Source of the DNA: Girardia tigrina
Lineage: Eukaryota
Reading direction: 5' to 3'
Length of the DNA stretch: 64,000 nucleotides
Assembly (NCBI GenBank): GCA_001938485.1
Contig: MQRK01236046.1
Location: 15,318-79,317 of the forward strand
Made by a program: the position numbers and the translations under genes. A model generated the notes under the pieces. It was not told the DNA's origin. It saw only the letters and a list, made by a program, of their open reading frames with translations, and did not search any database. Positions 36,289 through 50,081 of this stretch are shown in pieces. Every line of letters begins with the position of its first letter. Within the stretch, counting starts at the first letter, position 1.

Positions 36289-38650
36289 CAGTGGCGTAGC
36301 GCTTCAGGGTCATGGGTGGACAAATGCCATGGACCCCGAGCCTTCAGGGGCCCCCGCCATATATGGACGTACAAAAAATATGTAATTATATTATGGAGTT
36401 AGTGCAGAACCGCGGGGACAGACGACAGAGTATGCACAGCTGACAAATAGAGAAGCAGGTATTTTGTAACATGAGAGCCTCTTATTGGTATTGGTTACAA
36501 AGAGAAGAGTGAGGGTAGCGTGTGTCAAAAGGGGGTTGGTATACTCACCGTGGCTGCAACATTGTCACCTAACATTGTGTGAGTATTAAAGATACAACAT
36601 TCAATGCATATATGCACGCACACGCACACACACTTTAAACGCAGACACAATAAAATAACACTATAATTTCACTGCTGGGCGTGGTTGATGGCTAGCCTCG
36701 CATAAGGTTGATATTGTAGCCAATGCCTCATCGTACGTTGGGTGAGTGTGTGACATCAANNNNNNNNNNNNNNNNNNNNNNNNNNNNNNNNNNNNNNNNN
36801 NNNNNNNNNTCATCGTACGTTGGGTGAGTGTGTGACATCAATAGTAGTGGTGATAACTGATAACAAATGCTCAAGTGATAGCATATCAAGTGCAAGTTAG
36901 AAAATATACAATGTGATATGATAATATAATAGCCACCACTCGGTACATGTCATTTGTCTCCTCACACACCCCATTTACTAGCCCCTTGCGCTCTATAATC
37001 TACTAGTTATCTTTATTCTTCTGTTCGTAGGAATTGGTTGTCTGTTTTATTGTTGGACATGAAACGAGTGTACCCTTCTGGTGCTAGTAAAATTAAAAAG
37101 AAAAAGCAGAAAGTGGCTACCGCGGTTCTCAACTGTAGCCGTTTAGAGCAATTCATCATAAGAAGGTCAAACGCTAATGATGAACAGGATGTGAATCAGC
37201 AGCCCATCCCAACGAGTCCTGGTACATGTACTAATGATGAAATTGTATCATGTAAGCTATTGATTGTTAAACTGAGTATCCTCTTTNNNNNNNNNNNNNN
37301 NNNNNNNNNNNNNNNNNNNNNNNNNNNNNNNNNNNNNNNNNNNNNNNNNNNNNNNNNNNNNNNNNNNNNNNNNNNNNNNNNNNNNNNNNNNNNNNNNNNN
37401 NNNNNNNNNNNNNNNNNNNNNNNNNNNNNNNNNNNNNNNNNNNNNNNNNNNNNNNNNNNNNNNNNNNNNNNNNNNNNNNNNNNNNNNNNNNNNNNNNNNN
37501 NNNNNNNNNNNNNNNNNNNNNNNNNNNNNNNNNNNNNNNNNNNNNNNNNNNNNNNNNNNNNNNNNNNNNNNNNNNNNNNNNNNNNNNNNNNNNNNNNNNN
37601 NNNNNNNNNNNNNNNNNNNNNNNNNNNNNNNNNNNNNNNNNNNNNNNNNNNNNNNNNNNNNNNNNNNNNNNNNNNNNNNNNNNNNNNNNNNNNNNNNNNN
37701 NNNNNNNNNNNNNNNNNNNNNNNNNNNNNNNNNNNNNNNNNNNNNNNNNNNNNNNNNNNNNNNNNNNNNNNNNNNNNNNNNNNNNNNNNNNNNNNNNNNN
37801 NNNNNNNNNNNNNNNNNNNNNNNNNNNNNNNNNNNNNNNNNNNNNNNNNNNNNNNNNNNNNNNNNNNNNNNNNNNNNNNNNNNNNNNNNNNNNNNNNNNN
37901 NNNNNNNNNNNNNNNNNNNNNNNNNNNNNNNNNNNNNNNNNNNNNNNNNNNNNNNNNNNNNNNNNNNNNNNNNNNNNNNNNNNNNNNNNNNNNNNNNNNN
38001 NNNNNNNNNNNNNNNNNNNNNNNNNNNNNNNNNNNNNNNNNNNNNNNNNNNNNNNNNNNNNNNNNNNNNNNNTCTCTCCTCAAATTCAAAACGAGATCAT
38101 TTCCGATCTGTCCGAAGCAGTGAAATCCAGTCTGATCACAGCAATCAAGGCATCGCCTTTTTATGCCATTATCGTTGACACGACTAGTGATATCACCCGA
38201 ACTGATCAAGTGTCTGTCATCATACGTTGGGTGGATATCTCATCAAACAAATTCACAGTCATGGAATCTTTCTTGGGATTTTTGGATATTACGCAGGGAA
38301 CTGCTGCTGCACTGAAGACTCGTGTAATGGAATACATTTATGGCCTCGGTCTTGACCTCAAAAAACTACGAGCACAAGGATATCACGGTGCCAGTGTTAT
38401 GAGCGGAAAGACGGGTGGCATGCAGAAAGTGGTTGATGATTCTGTTACTGCTCGCGTACCTTTTGTACACTGTGCCGCCCACAACTTGAACTTGGTCATA
38501 CATGATGCAGTTCAAGTAAGTGTTCAAGGTGTCACTTTTTTCTCAACGTTAAATGAAGTGTACGTCTATTTTGGGTCAAGTTTGAACAGATGGGCAGAAC
38601 TTGCTCTCTCCCAACAGCATACTAGCTCACTTAAGTTGAAGAAACTTATT
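36289..38650 (+). mobile_element. 3'-truncated hAT element (ZMYM1/DUF4371-like transposase)
   Basis: Starts CAGTGGCGTAGC. Motifs MKR.YPSGASK, IIVDTTSDI..DQ, QGYHGASVMSG, VHCAAHNLNL. Confidence 0.88.
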
Positions 38651-41600
38651 ATTGAAGAATCATATTATATGATTCATATATTTTAAAATTAAAATATAAT
38701 GTTTTGAGACAAATGTAATTTTAATTTTTATTCTTTGAAAATATATTTTTATTGAAATGAAAATGTACTGATATATAAAGATAAATAAAACGGCATCAAG
38801 AATATACTTTATTATATTCAAATACAAATAATATCTGAATATAAAAACAAATATACAATAGATTATTTTTATAATATTTTCGCAAATTCATCATAATATC
38901 ATCACTAGCCCCCTTGGTGGACATACCAAATGGATCAACCAAAGTCGTAGTCTTCATGCCATTGAGGAGTCCTCCTGGAGCTTTTGTAGTCTTGCCGACT
39001 CGTGCTGGTCTTCATCGGGTACCTCATTTAGATAGTGAAACCTCTCTCCCTTGAGCAATCTGCCGCTTCGTTTTCTAGGCTATGTTTTCTTCTATTTGGT
39101 GTAAAACGCAAAACGAAACATGCCTCGCCACACCATCATCATTTATCTCAACCGAAACTCTTGAGATGATCCTTGTTATTAGATGAGGCCCACTCCATTC
39201 TTCTTCACATTTATTACTGTCAGGCTTCAAATAAACCCTGTCGCCGACAACTAGTGGATTAAGAGCAACGTCATTCTAGTCATTCTCGAACTCTACCTGT
39301 TTAAGTTCATAGTTAGATTTTGTCCTGACATTACTGACTCCGGGTTTCCGAGATATATACCAAAACATCAATTCATACGATGCTTTGCCGTGTATCCCAG
39401 TAGAGTTGTTGTACCAAAAGGCGGCTTCTTCAACTGATCTTCCCGTTCTGCCTACCGATCGTTTGATTGTTCTATGGTCTCTTTCAATTACACCATTGCC
39501 TTGAGACTTGTATGCACATAAATATTCTTGACTGACTCCCCACTCTTGGCAAAGTTAGTTGATATCTCTTCATCGAAAAACTGTTCCGTTGTCAGACATG
39601 AAAGAATTCGGCGGCTTGTATTTTGCGATTATTTGCCTTACGTATAAAACAACCTTAATGGCTGATTCATTTTTGAGCTGCCTCCACACTGTAAATCTAG
39701 ACTAACCATCTATCAATGTGAGGTATGGTCGTACATTCACATGCGATATGTCGATTGTAATACGTACCCACAGCTCATTAGAAAACAGGTGTCCCTTCTC
39801 CCATCTGTGCGTTATCGCCGTATCCACATAACATCACCTGTCATAGTTTTTAATATAGGCTGCAACCTTTTCTTTCGATACTTTGGATCCTATTTTCACT
39901 CTGCACAATCCCAAAGTGCGTTGCACAACCAAGTGATAACGGTTATGATTTTTTTCGATTTCCTTCTCCAAATTCTGAATTTTGGTTTGTGACCTTACAT
40001 TCAACTGGTTTGGAAAGTGTATTAATCGGTCAACTTTGTTATCTGCGGATGCAATAAACTCAATTGATAAACATAATTCTTCTCCCTCGATGATTTCACG
40101 AACACTTTCAAGCCGCCTCCGAATGACTATCTCACTTAAAGCATGAATTTTCGCATTATGAGTTTTATTGATTATTGAGTTGAGTCATCCATACATTTTT
40201 TTAAATCCACCTTTAGGATCAGTCTGCGCGCAGCCCATTTGATCGCTAAGTTTATTCCCTTTATAGCAGCATCCAATTCACTAAGATTTATGTGATTTAG
40301 GTCGTCCTTGGGTCTCAACCAAGCGGCGTTTTCTATGATCTCGTTATCCACTTCCAACCAGACTCCAATTGCCACTGAGCTCGCATCAGTCCCGATCGTC
40401 ATTGATGAGTCCTGTTTCACTAGCCATTTTCCGTTACTTGGATCACCATTCTCTATCAAAATTTTTTTAATGCTTCTCACCTTCTGTAATACTTTGATTC
40501 TTACCGGTTAATCCCAGTGTTTCCCTTCCGCAGCTGTCATCCTTTGTAACATTGAGCACATGATTCTCAATTTTCCACAAATGGGTAGGTGGCCTATTAG
40601 TTCCCCAACAAAGCTGTGTAGATTTCGCCATGTTATCTTTTCGCCTTCTAACTGCAAAATTTCTCAGTCTTTGGACCAATTCCAGTCTTTACCTATTTTT
40701 AGACCTAACACTCAATCATTTTTCGCAATTTCTCCGGTTCTTTCGATTCCAAACCCCATTCAAGGAAATGCCTTTGCATTTCTTCCACGGTAACATGTGT
40801 CTCACAAAGTCATTTGTTTGCATTAAGTCATCAACATAGCTTGATACACCTCGTTTGAGATCATCGTTAAAATTTATGATATATTCTACAATCTTCGTCA
40901 TGATCTTTGATGCTGAGCATAATTCTAATCCTAAACGAGTAAGTAAGAACGTTTGACCTCGCCACCTTACCGCTTGATGAACCCACAAACTTTGATCAAT
41001 GTGAATCTGCAAGTATGCTCTTTTGAGATCAAAAACAGCAACATTATGCCCCGTAACCCTTCACTTTCTAATTCTATCTCCACATATTGGTAGTTATCAT
41101 CCTGGGTGCGATTGTAGTAATTTGTTCAGCTCCCTGTAATCCAATACGGATCTTATTTTCGTAATGTTTCCTTTCTCTTGACTGACACTCACGAGTGGCA
41201 GATATCTTCTGATTTGGCCGTGTTTGATTTCGTCATAGGTGACTAGCACATCGTCATCAATCCATGGTTAAATTTCCATCTCGAATTCTTCTTTATCGTC
41301 ATCGTTCACAAATTGCTGGGGTGCAAGACACTCTTTTGTCCCACATCTATCTGGGTTCCATTTCCACTTGACATTTCACTGGCCACTATTCCACTCCGCG
41401 AGAAAGTCGACATCATGGATAACTATGGATACCCTCTTTTGACCCGTGCTAGTTTCTTTTATAACTCCACAAGATTTGTCAGTCGAGATCATTTTTAAGG
41501 TTATATCAGGGTTTATTCGAGCATCTTGTGTTTGGTTATAACATCAAGTCCTAGAATCATTTCAACCCCCAATGGAAGCACATCCATTATAAATGATTTT

Positions 41601-41784
41601 ACATTACTCATCTGCAGCCCCCTCACAAACTACACTTGCCAGACTCACATAACTGTCACTGTATACTGCCTCACCATTGATCAGTCTTAATTTAACTAAC
41701 TCTTTTTTCACCATTAATCCGACCACACAATGCCAAGCAATTAGAGATATGCTGCAGCCGGTATCAATCATCGCTACTCTTCTA

Positions 41785-43070
41785 TTAGTTTATACCAGAA
41801 AGAATGAGACTTTTGAAATGTCAATATCATTTTTAACGAACAATGTCAAAAAACAACCCTGTGTAATACATTCATTCATAATCACCATTCTTCTTTATAA
41901 CATTAAAGAGGCATTGTATCAGTTTTCCCATCTCAGATGACCATCGATCAGCAGAAATATTTTTCAGCTCTGATGTAATGAATTGATGTAACTCATCTGC
42001 AGATTGAAAATTAGTTTTGTGTCGCTGATCTTCCAAGAAAGGGTGAATAAAGTGATCCAAGATGTTATAATCAGGGGAATATGGTGATTGACAGAGCAAG
42101 GTAGCATTCTTGTTTGCGAGAAACATGGACGTTACTTTCGAAACATGAGACCAGTTGAGTGGAAACACATGTCGACTAAACTTCTCCATATTATCAAGAA
42201 AAGTGACATAACGCTCGCTATTAATGCTTGCTCTCTCCTGTAGCAGTTCGCGATGATATTTTCCAGTGAAGAACACTGTGATGACAGACATGATTTTTCT
42301 GTCAAACTGTTTATGCTTCACGACATGAATGGGTTCACTGTGATCACCAGCAGGGGAGACCCAGCAACGGTTGCTTCTTTTCTTGCCAACAGTTCTCATG
42401 TAAAATCACTTCTCATCCACCATCACAATATGTTCATGTTGGTGTTTGCTTTTCAAAATTTTCAATCATTCCTGTGCAGAAGTGACACGATTAACCTTTT
42501 GATCATTTGATAATGCATGAGGAACCCACTTACAGGCAACAGACCGAAAGCCCAAATGGTTACTCACAATACACTGAATGGTTCCGTGGCTGAGGGATGT
42601 CTCATCTTCAATTTCATCAATGGTCACTGCACCGTTGGCGTTAATAATTACAGAGACCAACAGAATGTTTTCAGGGGTTGTTTTTGTTGATTTTCTCCCG
42701 CAGTTTTCCCAAGCAAAAGAAGTCTTGCCATTGTCAAATTCAGTTATCCACCGATACACTGTAGATTATCCAACACTATCAGCACCATGAACAGAGATAA
42801 TTTCCTGATAAATTTCACTTCCCGTTATGCCGAGTGAATAACGGGAGAAGGTATAGAAACGAAGATTTTTTCGATTTTCCACCATAATACAGACAAATAA
42901 ATCAATCAATATTCAAACAAAATTCAATAAATAGTTTCAGTCAATATTTTTTAAGTATTACATATTTTTACTCTTTGTATGTTACTATATACTGCGCAAG
43001 TAATTTCCGCCTTTACAGATCACAAACATAGAAATATAATATCATTCTCACTCTTTCTGGTACGAACCAA
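41785..43070 (-). mobile_element. Mariner transposon nested in the Gypsy protease region
   Basis: Imperfect TIRs TT(G/A)GTT..TACCAGAAAGA.TGAGA with TA TSD. Motifs WVPHAL and SPYSPDYN.LD. Confidence 0.92.
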
Positions 43071-43100
43071 TAATATTAGAAATTAAGACTGAAGTCAATA

Positions 43101-43167
43101 TCGCAGAACCCGCACGGGGACTGTCATCTAATTCTGCGAAGTGACAGCCTCCGTCTCCCCGTTTTCC
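43101..43167 (-). promoter_or_regulatory. Putative -1 ribosomal frameshift signal (GGAAAAC + H-type pseudoknot) at the gag-pro junction
   Basis: Slip site, 8-nt spacer, stem 1 GGCTGTCA/TGACAGTC, stem 2 TCGCAGAA/TTCTGCGA. The gag stop TAG lies inside the knot. Confidence 0.75.
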
Positions 43168-44801
43168 GAAAGATTAGAGAATTCAGACTTACAATGGCCA
43201 TTCTTCTCACAGTTGAAGCACTTTACTGGATACTTACTTCAATTATGTCCCAATTTATTGCAGCAATAGCATCGTATCACTGCTGGGGTTCTCGGCTTGT
43301 TCGATCTATTGTCTCATTCTGTCTCAACTCATGTCATCGTATATTGTGGCGACTTATATGCTTCGGACAGTACGCTTTTGGCTGCTGATATTATCTTATT
43401 TTTTATCATATCTTCACAGTGAAGCACCAGCACTTGATTTCTCACATTTGCGGGGATAGAGTCAAGAAAAAGCAAGAAAATTACCTCCCCTGCACCGCCT
43501 TTCCTCCACAGGCCACCGCCAACAGCATGGATATTTTTTCTGTCAGTACATCAGGTGACTCCCCGGCAATAACGACAGGTTCTTAAACTCTGTTCATGCT
43601 TGTGCTTTTGGCTTGCCATATACTATTCTCAGGGCGCCTTTTATTGTGCCAAGATCTTGTTTTGCGCTTTCATCGAGTATCTTCCAGGTACAATATGCGT
43701 CACCGGTTAGGAACAGCGGAATGAGTGAGGCTAATTTCGACTCACTCCCGAATATTCTTGAGGCTGTTTATAACCTATCGATCCAGTTTTCGATATATTC
43801 TTGTCCACTGAATTTTGTAACCATATCAGTAATTTTCAAATTCTCCATTCTATCCAATGCCGCGATAGCTTGATAATAAACACAAATAAAACCGCAACAA
43901 GAATATACCTTATTAAATTCAAATACAAATAATATCTGAATATAAAAACAAATATGCAATAAATTATTTTTAAAGTATTGTCGCAAATTCATCATTATAT
44001 CGTCACATGTATTTTACAATGTTAATTAAAAAAAGTAAATATGTTAAAATGAAGATGTAAAATAAAATGGGAATTTATTAAAAGACGAAATAAAATCTGT
44101 GTGATGAAATTTTAATAAAAGACCTTTATAAGTTTAAAGACGATTATAAAATTAAAATCCGTAATTAATAAAATAACAATATCGGAATTTATATTTATTT
44201 ATAATGGTTTGTGTAAAGAAAAGAAAGTGCTTAAGTTTCTCAAAAATATTTGTTTGAAAAATCGTTAATGTGATAGAAATAAAGTTTTGTGTCATGAACC
44301 TGAATTCTGAATTCGAACCCAATAATATTAATTGAATAATTACAAGAATTAATTTTATTTAACATTCCACATTGTAGTGACCATTAATCAACGAATTTTC
44401 TCCGTGAATTTCCACATACGAAAATAATTTATGTGTATAATAAATTATTAAAATTTTTACCAATAATTAATTTTCACAAAAAAAACTTTTTATCCCAGTT
44501 TTTACTGTTGCTCCTTTATAATGGGATTCAAAAATAAAGTGGATCAACAAATTAAATTAATTCTAAAAAGTTAATTTAAAAAACGCTTGTTTGAATATGC
44601 ATGTTAGAACGAATTTGAATTGAGATTATTGATTACTATTTGTACATGAATTGTACGGTTTTTTATGTCGAAATAAATTTTATTTTGAAAATTCTCGAAA
44701 TATCATGATTTGTTTTGATCATTCAAATAAAGTCTATATTAATTCAAATTTCACAATTCATTTGAATACTGGGTTCATCGACCGCTAATTGGAATCATAC
44801 A

Positions 44802-44950
44802 ATGTCGAATGTCGTAACGAGCCGTTTGGCACCGCAGAAACAAACGATCGAAGATGCTTATTCTCCACCGGCCAATATCCTGGAAATCGATTTGATAAAT
44901 CCACAAACATACGGCGTTGGAAAGAGCCGATATACGAGCTATGAAGTGCG
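44802..44950 (+). CDS. Sorting nexin 3/12-like N-terminal exon (PX domain start), apparently orphan or truncated
   Basis: EDAYSPPANILEIDLINPQTYGVGKSRYTSYEVR matches the SNX3/SNX12 N-terminus. No downstream exons were recognised. Confidence 0.8.
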
Positions 44951-46249
44951 CCCGAGTTTTATTATCGCGTTCCTCTACCGCCTCCATCACAAATCCGACC
45001 CGATGATCGTCTAATTAAACACTACACACAATGATCATAATTTATGAAACAATTTACTTAAATTTTATTCTCAAAAAGTCATATGAACCACAAATAATAT
45101 TCAATTGATTGCAGGGACGTAAGCAGGATTTCTTTTCGGGGGTATATTGAGAATTACGTAATAATTTCAGCCACACACCCATAATCAAACACACACTGAT
45201 ATCGTTCAGCTTTTTATGGTTCTGTAAAATACCGCTTTCATATTATTTATTGTTTAACAAGAATGACAATTAGACACAGAAATTACAATGTATTCTACAA
45301 AAATTGTAAGGAGTAAAGAATTTAATAACGACAAGAAGAGCAAAATTTATATTAAATAGTTCAGTCTTCGTTGGGATTGACAAAATTCTTCCAGTACTTA
45401 ATATTTTTATGAAAGTTCATTTCAGTCGAAGCTGCCTAATTTCAAGTTCCCTAATTTTAAATGCTGTGTAAATACAGACAAAATCTGGAATAAAAATCAT
45501 AGCTTTTATAGAATAAAATCTCCATAATTTCGCATTTTTCTTATTTCACATTTTTATAAAACTTAGAAATTAGACTAAGTTTAGAGTAAATTAGAAATTT
45601 TAGTAAATATGAATTTATAAATCATCTGTGCACAACTATTAAATAATATTGAATGAATCTTAATTTTACAGGTCAAAATTCTATTTTTTCCCCTTCGAGA
45701 ATCAAAAGATCATCAAATATTAACCTAGAAAATGTCAGTACCATTTCCAAATCAACAGTCAATAACAAGGATAATAATACTGGCAATGATTTTCAATCAA
45801 ACACAGGTTCTATTAGTTTAGAGCGTAAAAGAGCTAACTGAAACTTATGTTTCAGTGAACTCTTAATAAATTTGATTGATGCTGTCACTTTGCATTTAAT
45901 AAATAATCATAACCCCTATTTTCATAAAAAAATTAATTCCCGAATACTAACATATGTATCTTTTGTGTTATTATTATAAATATAAAAAAGCAAAGGAAAG
46001 TTTCTTTTTGATCTCAAATAATTGTTATATTACAGATATGTTAAATTAATAACTATCAATTGAGTTTTACTTTCGTCTAGTTGATTATTCCAAAAAAATA
46101 AAATAAAAGAACAATATTGTATTACATATACAAAAAATATTTTATATGTTGTATTTAAAAAAAAATAAAAATATATAAAACAAGTAATGAATATTAAAAA
46201 GAATTGAAATAGTAAAATAAAAATGAATAAATATTTTTTGCAAAATAGC

Positions 46250-47470
46250 CATGCGGCTTAAAAACCTCAATTTATCAGGTTCGTTATTATAATTTCTACT
46301 TACAACAGCCACTTGGTTACCAAGTATTTAGTATTTTTTTTCTTTATTTCTGGATGACCCGTTTGTGCATTTGCAAAGTTAAAATGTGGCATACCATATC
46401 TCTTTCAATACCCTCTAATAAATTTAAAACACTAGAGTGGTACCAATTATATAGCGATTTCAGTGCTTCATGAAATCTTTCATAAGTATTCATCGTTTTT
46501 GGACCGTTTCCCCCTCTGTATCAAAATGATTCCAAATTCGGGGAGGAAAAAAGATCCACCAGCAATTTCTTCTATATTGGTTGGAAAAAGTAAAACAGCA
46601 CTTCGTTATATCGATCTTTACCTGGAAGTATTCTTGATAATTTGTCGAAGAACTGTCTTATTTTGTTAAGATGGACGTATGAAAGAGGTGCTAACGATTT
46701 TAATTTTAAAGAGGTACCTTCTTTGAGCATTTGCGAAATTCTAGCAATAGACGTTTGCTTTGCCATGTGCTCTAATATGTCGGAATTTAAACCCGTCTAA
46801 ACATATCCTATAACATTCCTAGGTATTGCTCTGATGTTCTTTATTACTTCTTTCCTTCTTTGCTTTAAGACATGCTCTTAATTTTTTTGGATTTAAATCA
46901 TGACAATGTCAGGATTCTTTCGACAATACTCTCATTTTCCTTTTCTAAACGTCCCGTGCACTGTGTAGTATAGTATAATCTACCACACCAAGTTGATATT
47001 CAAAAGTTATTTACTCTGAATTTTGCATACTCAAAGCCTTGAAAAATCAGAACTCGATTTACCTTGTTTTTCACAGAATCTTCCATTATAACCCTTTTGA
47101 AAAACAAAATAAAATTATAATTAATTCTATTTTTATTCTAAATTATGTTATAAAATATAGTAAAGCTTCAAATTAGGTGTTTTTTATAAATCTTCATTCT
47201 TTAATAACAAATAGATTTTCTTATCTTCTCAAAAATAAATTGAAAAACATATGTATAAAAGTCGAAATTGAACTTACTTTGGCAGAATAAATTTAAATGA
47301 TGTATTTTATAATAAGATATGTTATATTATTTATATAAAATGTAGCAAAAATTCTTAATCAGTCTATTTCTCCTTAATAATGCTTTTTTCATCAATGCTC
47401 TGTTTTACCACTATTCTTTTTTATCTTGTTCTGTTCTGTTTTGTCCTGTTATATTTTATCCGGTCACCCT
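46250..47470 (-). mobile_element. Degenerate MULE element with FLYWCH zinc finger
   Basis: Minus-strand LIFQGFEYAK...STWC...C.GRL...HCH at ~46900-47070. Possible terminus GGGTGACCGGATAAAA. Confidence 0.55.
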
Positions 47471-48144
47471 AATACATGCATGCTTTTAAATTTTACTACA
47501 AAATCATTAATATAACACAAATACTATCATCGTTGTAAAACTTGAATCTCCAAACTATTGGTTTAAATATACTAGACATACTTTTTTATTTTAAATGCAT
47601 AAATTGATGTTACATATTTTATTTTTTTAAGTATAAGCAAGTTATAAAAGTATTTAAGAAATATATAAATATTTGCTTTTTTATTACATGGTTTTTAAAT
47701 ATTCATTTTCCAAAGTATTTTAAAAATGACTTGTAAAAAACAAAAATAAGGATTTTTTGTTATTTTTATTTGCATAATAAATAGTAAGAGATATGTCCAA
47801 GTTTTTAAATCCCAATCTCTCAGTTTTCACATGTTGTTTGACAAGTATAGTATTTAATGTTCATTGCAAATATCAAATATAAAAGATGATATAGTTTAAA
47901 TGATTAAAAAATGAATTCTTATAAAACTATATCGATTGATAAGAAACAACTTACAATTTCAAAAAATAATTTATACATTTTTAACAATTTATCTAGAGGG
48001 GGACAATCCCCCTCACATCTAATCTGCCCTTATCAGGAAGACCACTAGAATGGCCAGTTTTCCTATTTAGGTAAAACGATAAATGTTCGAAATTGTTCGA
48101 AACGCACATATTATTGTTAACCTGTCTGCATCAATTAATGTATA

Positions 48145-48576
48145 TATCAGTGAGGTGCTGGTTACCGAACCGAGTGGCGGCGGCCAGCACCTCCTACTTG
48201 TGCGGGAAGATGCCGGATGGAGGAGTTGATCGACTAGTTCGGTGGACGCCATGAAACGGTTGAGCCCGATTGCCACCGGTCGGCGCGTCGATACGTTTCG
48301 AGTTCTCACTAAGTCGGTGATGGCTTTTCGACCAGTCTCTCCAACTCTTTTGCGGTTGGTGGGAGCGCGGAGATCTCTGATAAGGCGCATGATTTTGCGC
48401 GCTGTTATTTGTTTATTAATTAAAATTAAAAGGAATAGCCATGTTCGACAAAAATTTATTTGTTACTTCATCAAATTCGAAATTGTGTCTAATATTTTTA
48501 ACACATTTACGTCAATAAAACAAAAATCAATTTTTTGAAAGTTTATTTTTCAATATCGATTATCGGATCACTACAA
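48145..48576 (-). other. GC-rich structured island; paralog of 32905-33450
   Basis: Perfect 10-bp hairpin GAGGTGCTGG/CCAGCACCTC, shared blocks and flank motifs. Confidence 0.6.
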
Positions 48577-48949
48577 TCAGATTTTGTACAATTCGACTGA
48601 ATTGGTAATATTCTGTATTCTGCTAAGAATAAGAAAATAGCTAGTGTAAAATAAATGAAACATTCAGATAAATTTTTTAAATTTATAATCCAAGAAGGTT
48701 ATACCACATTTTGTATTGAGGCTTTGTGACTGATAGTAAACTGGAAGATATAAACTTAACTGAAAGAAACTAAGAAAGCAATTGATGGTGAAATCTCAAT
48801 TTAAAATTTAAGTTCTATAAACACCATCAATCAGGTAAACATTTATCACACCATTTGAAGAAATAATGTCCCTGAAAGATTCTATCTGTTGAAAGAGATT
48901 GATAGAAAATTTGACAACTATTTCCCAGCTATTCCACCTATGTTTAACA

Positions 48950-50081
48950 GGCGCGTACATAGAATAATATGTGGAGGGAATATACTATTAAAAGATTTGA
49001 AAGATTTCGAAATTATAACCGACTCTGCCACTGTGTTCCGGTGGTTGACGAACGCAACAAAGGATGATGGATCATTCAGATCCAGCGGGATGAGCGACCT
49101 GCTTGTAAGGCGGCGCATCTGCACAATCAAGCAGGCAATTGAAGAGGAGCAGCTGTAGGTTAAGTGGAAACTAATCGGTTCAGCAGAGAACGTGTGCCAG
49201 TGATTGACTAATAGCAACAAAGAGAAACTGGACGTTACGGCAGTAACAATCGAGGGAGAGCGGGAGCTGAGAGACAGTTTCGGGGTCAAACAGATGTCAA
49301 TCCTGGCGAGGAAATTGTGGGGCACAGGTGTTTAATGAGTTTGGCCCTCCACGAGGCTTTTGCTGGATAACTTCACAATGCACCGCTGAGCAACATTCCC
49401 GAAACTACTGTCGGAAATGGGAGTCGAGATGTAGTTTCGGTGCGCAAATCGGACCAGCGGAAACGGTATCGTTGAATGCTGTCATCAGTCCATCGAGCGC
49501 ATGGCAGCATGGAGTGGAAAGCTCGGAGAGTGGTCCCACATAGTAGCTTGGTACAACACCACTCCGAATTCGGCGGGCGTGATTCCGGCGTCCACAGTGT
49601 TTGCACAACGGCGGCGACTGCCGCTACCGATCAATTTCACTGACCAGCTCCCAAGGGACAGTGGAGTTGCGCAGAAGAAGGAACTACGAGTTGGAGACAC
49701 CGTGTTCGTTAAACCGGTGAATGCAAAGCAGCCCATAGGGTGACGAACGTTGACAACTGCAGTGACAGCTCAGAAGATGAAGATGAGCAGTCTTTGGACC
49801 GAGTAACAGATGAATCCGAAGGTGTCAAGTTGCAGATCGACAAGGTGAGGAAGCCGAGGCCACAACGATCGGTCGTTCGACCGGCGAGATTCATGGACTT
49901 AATTTGCTCTGGGGGGAAAGAAGTAGAGAAGAACGGGAATAATCCGGTGCACATACGGCGTGTGCATTTGTGCCTAGAAGGCAAGGGAGAGTGTGGAATA
50001 ATAGTTGTTTAAATATTTAAGAAACATCGAGTGAATTTTGAATTGAATAAATATTTGCTTAATGACTCTAGTCTTTTAACA
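48950..50081 (+). mobile_element. 3' fragment of a Gypsy element (RNase H end, integrase, PPT, ~90-bp LTR 49992-50081)
   Basis: ITDSATVFRWL, EFGPP, SGNGIVE.CH, WYNTTP, VGDTVFVK motifs. Purine tract followed by TGT...ACA with an internal AATAAA. Confidence 0.82.

Larger units (their letters stand above)
38769..44007 (-). mobile_element. Full-length degenerate Ty3/Gypsy retrotransposon with ~137-bp LTRs (43871-44007, 38769-38905)
   Basis: Diverged direct-repeat LTRs, PPT AAGGGGG, near-TSD TGTAC/TGTAT. Gag zinc knuckle CFNCEKNGH, protease IDTGCS, RT YVDD, RNase H DASS..HINLSELDA, integrase SDNG..GNG.IER. Confidence 0.9.

Noticed and set aside
43175-43195. AATTCAGACTTA resembling RNase P RNA CR-V
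   Set aside because: It is the antisense of the gag zinc-knuckle codons, and no CR-I partner is present.
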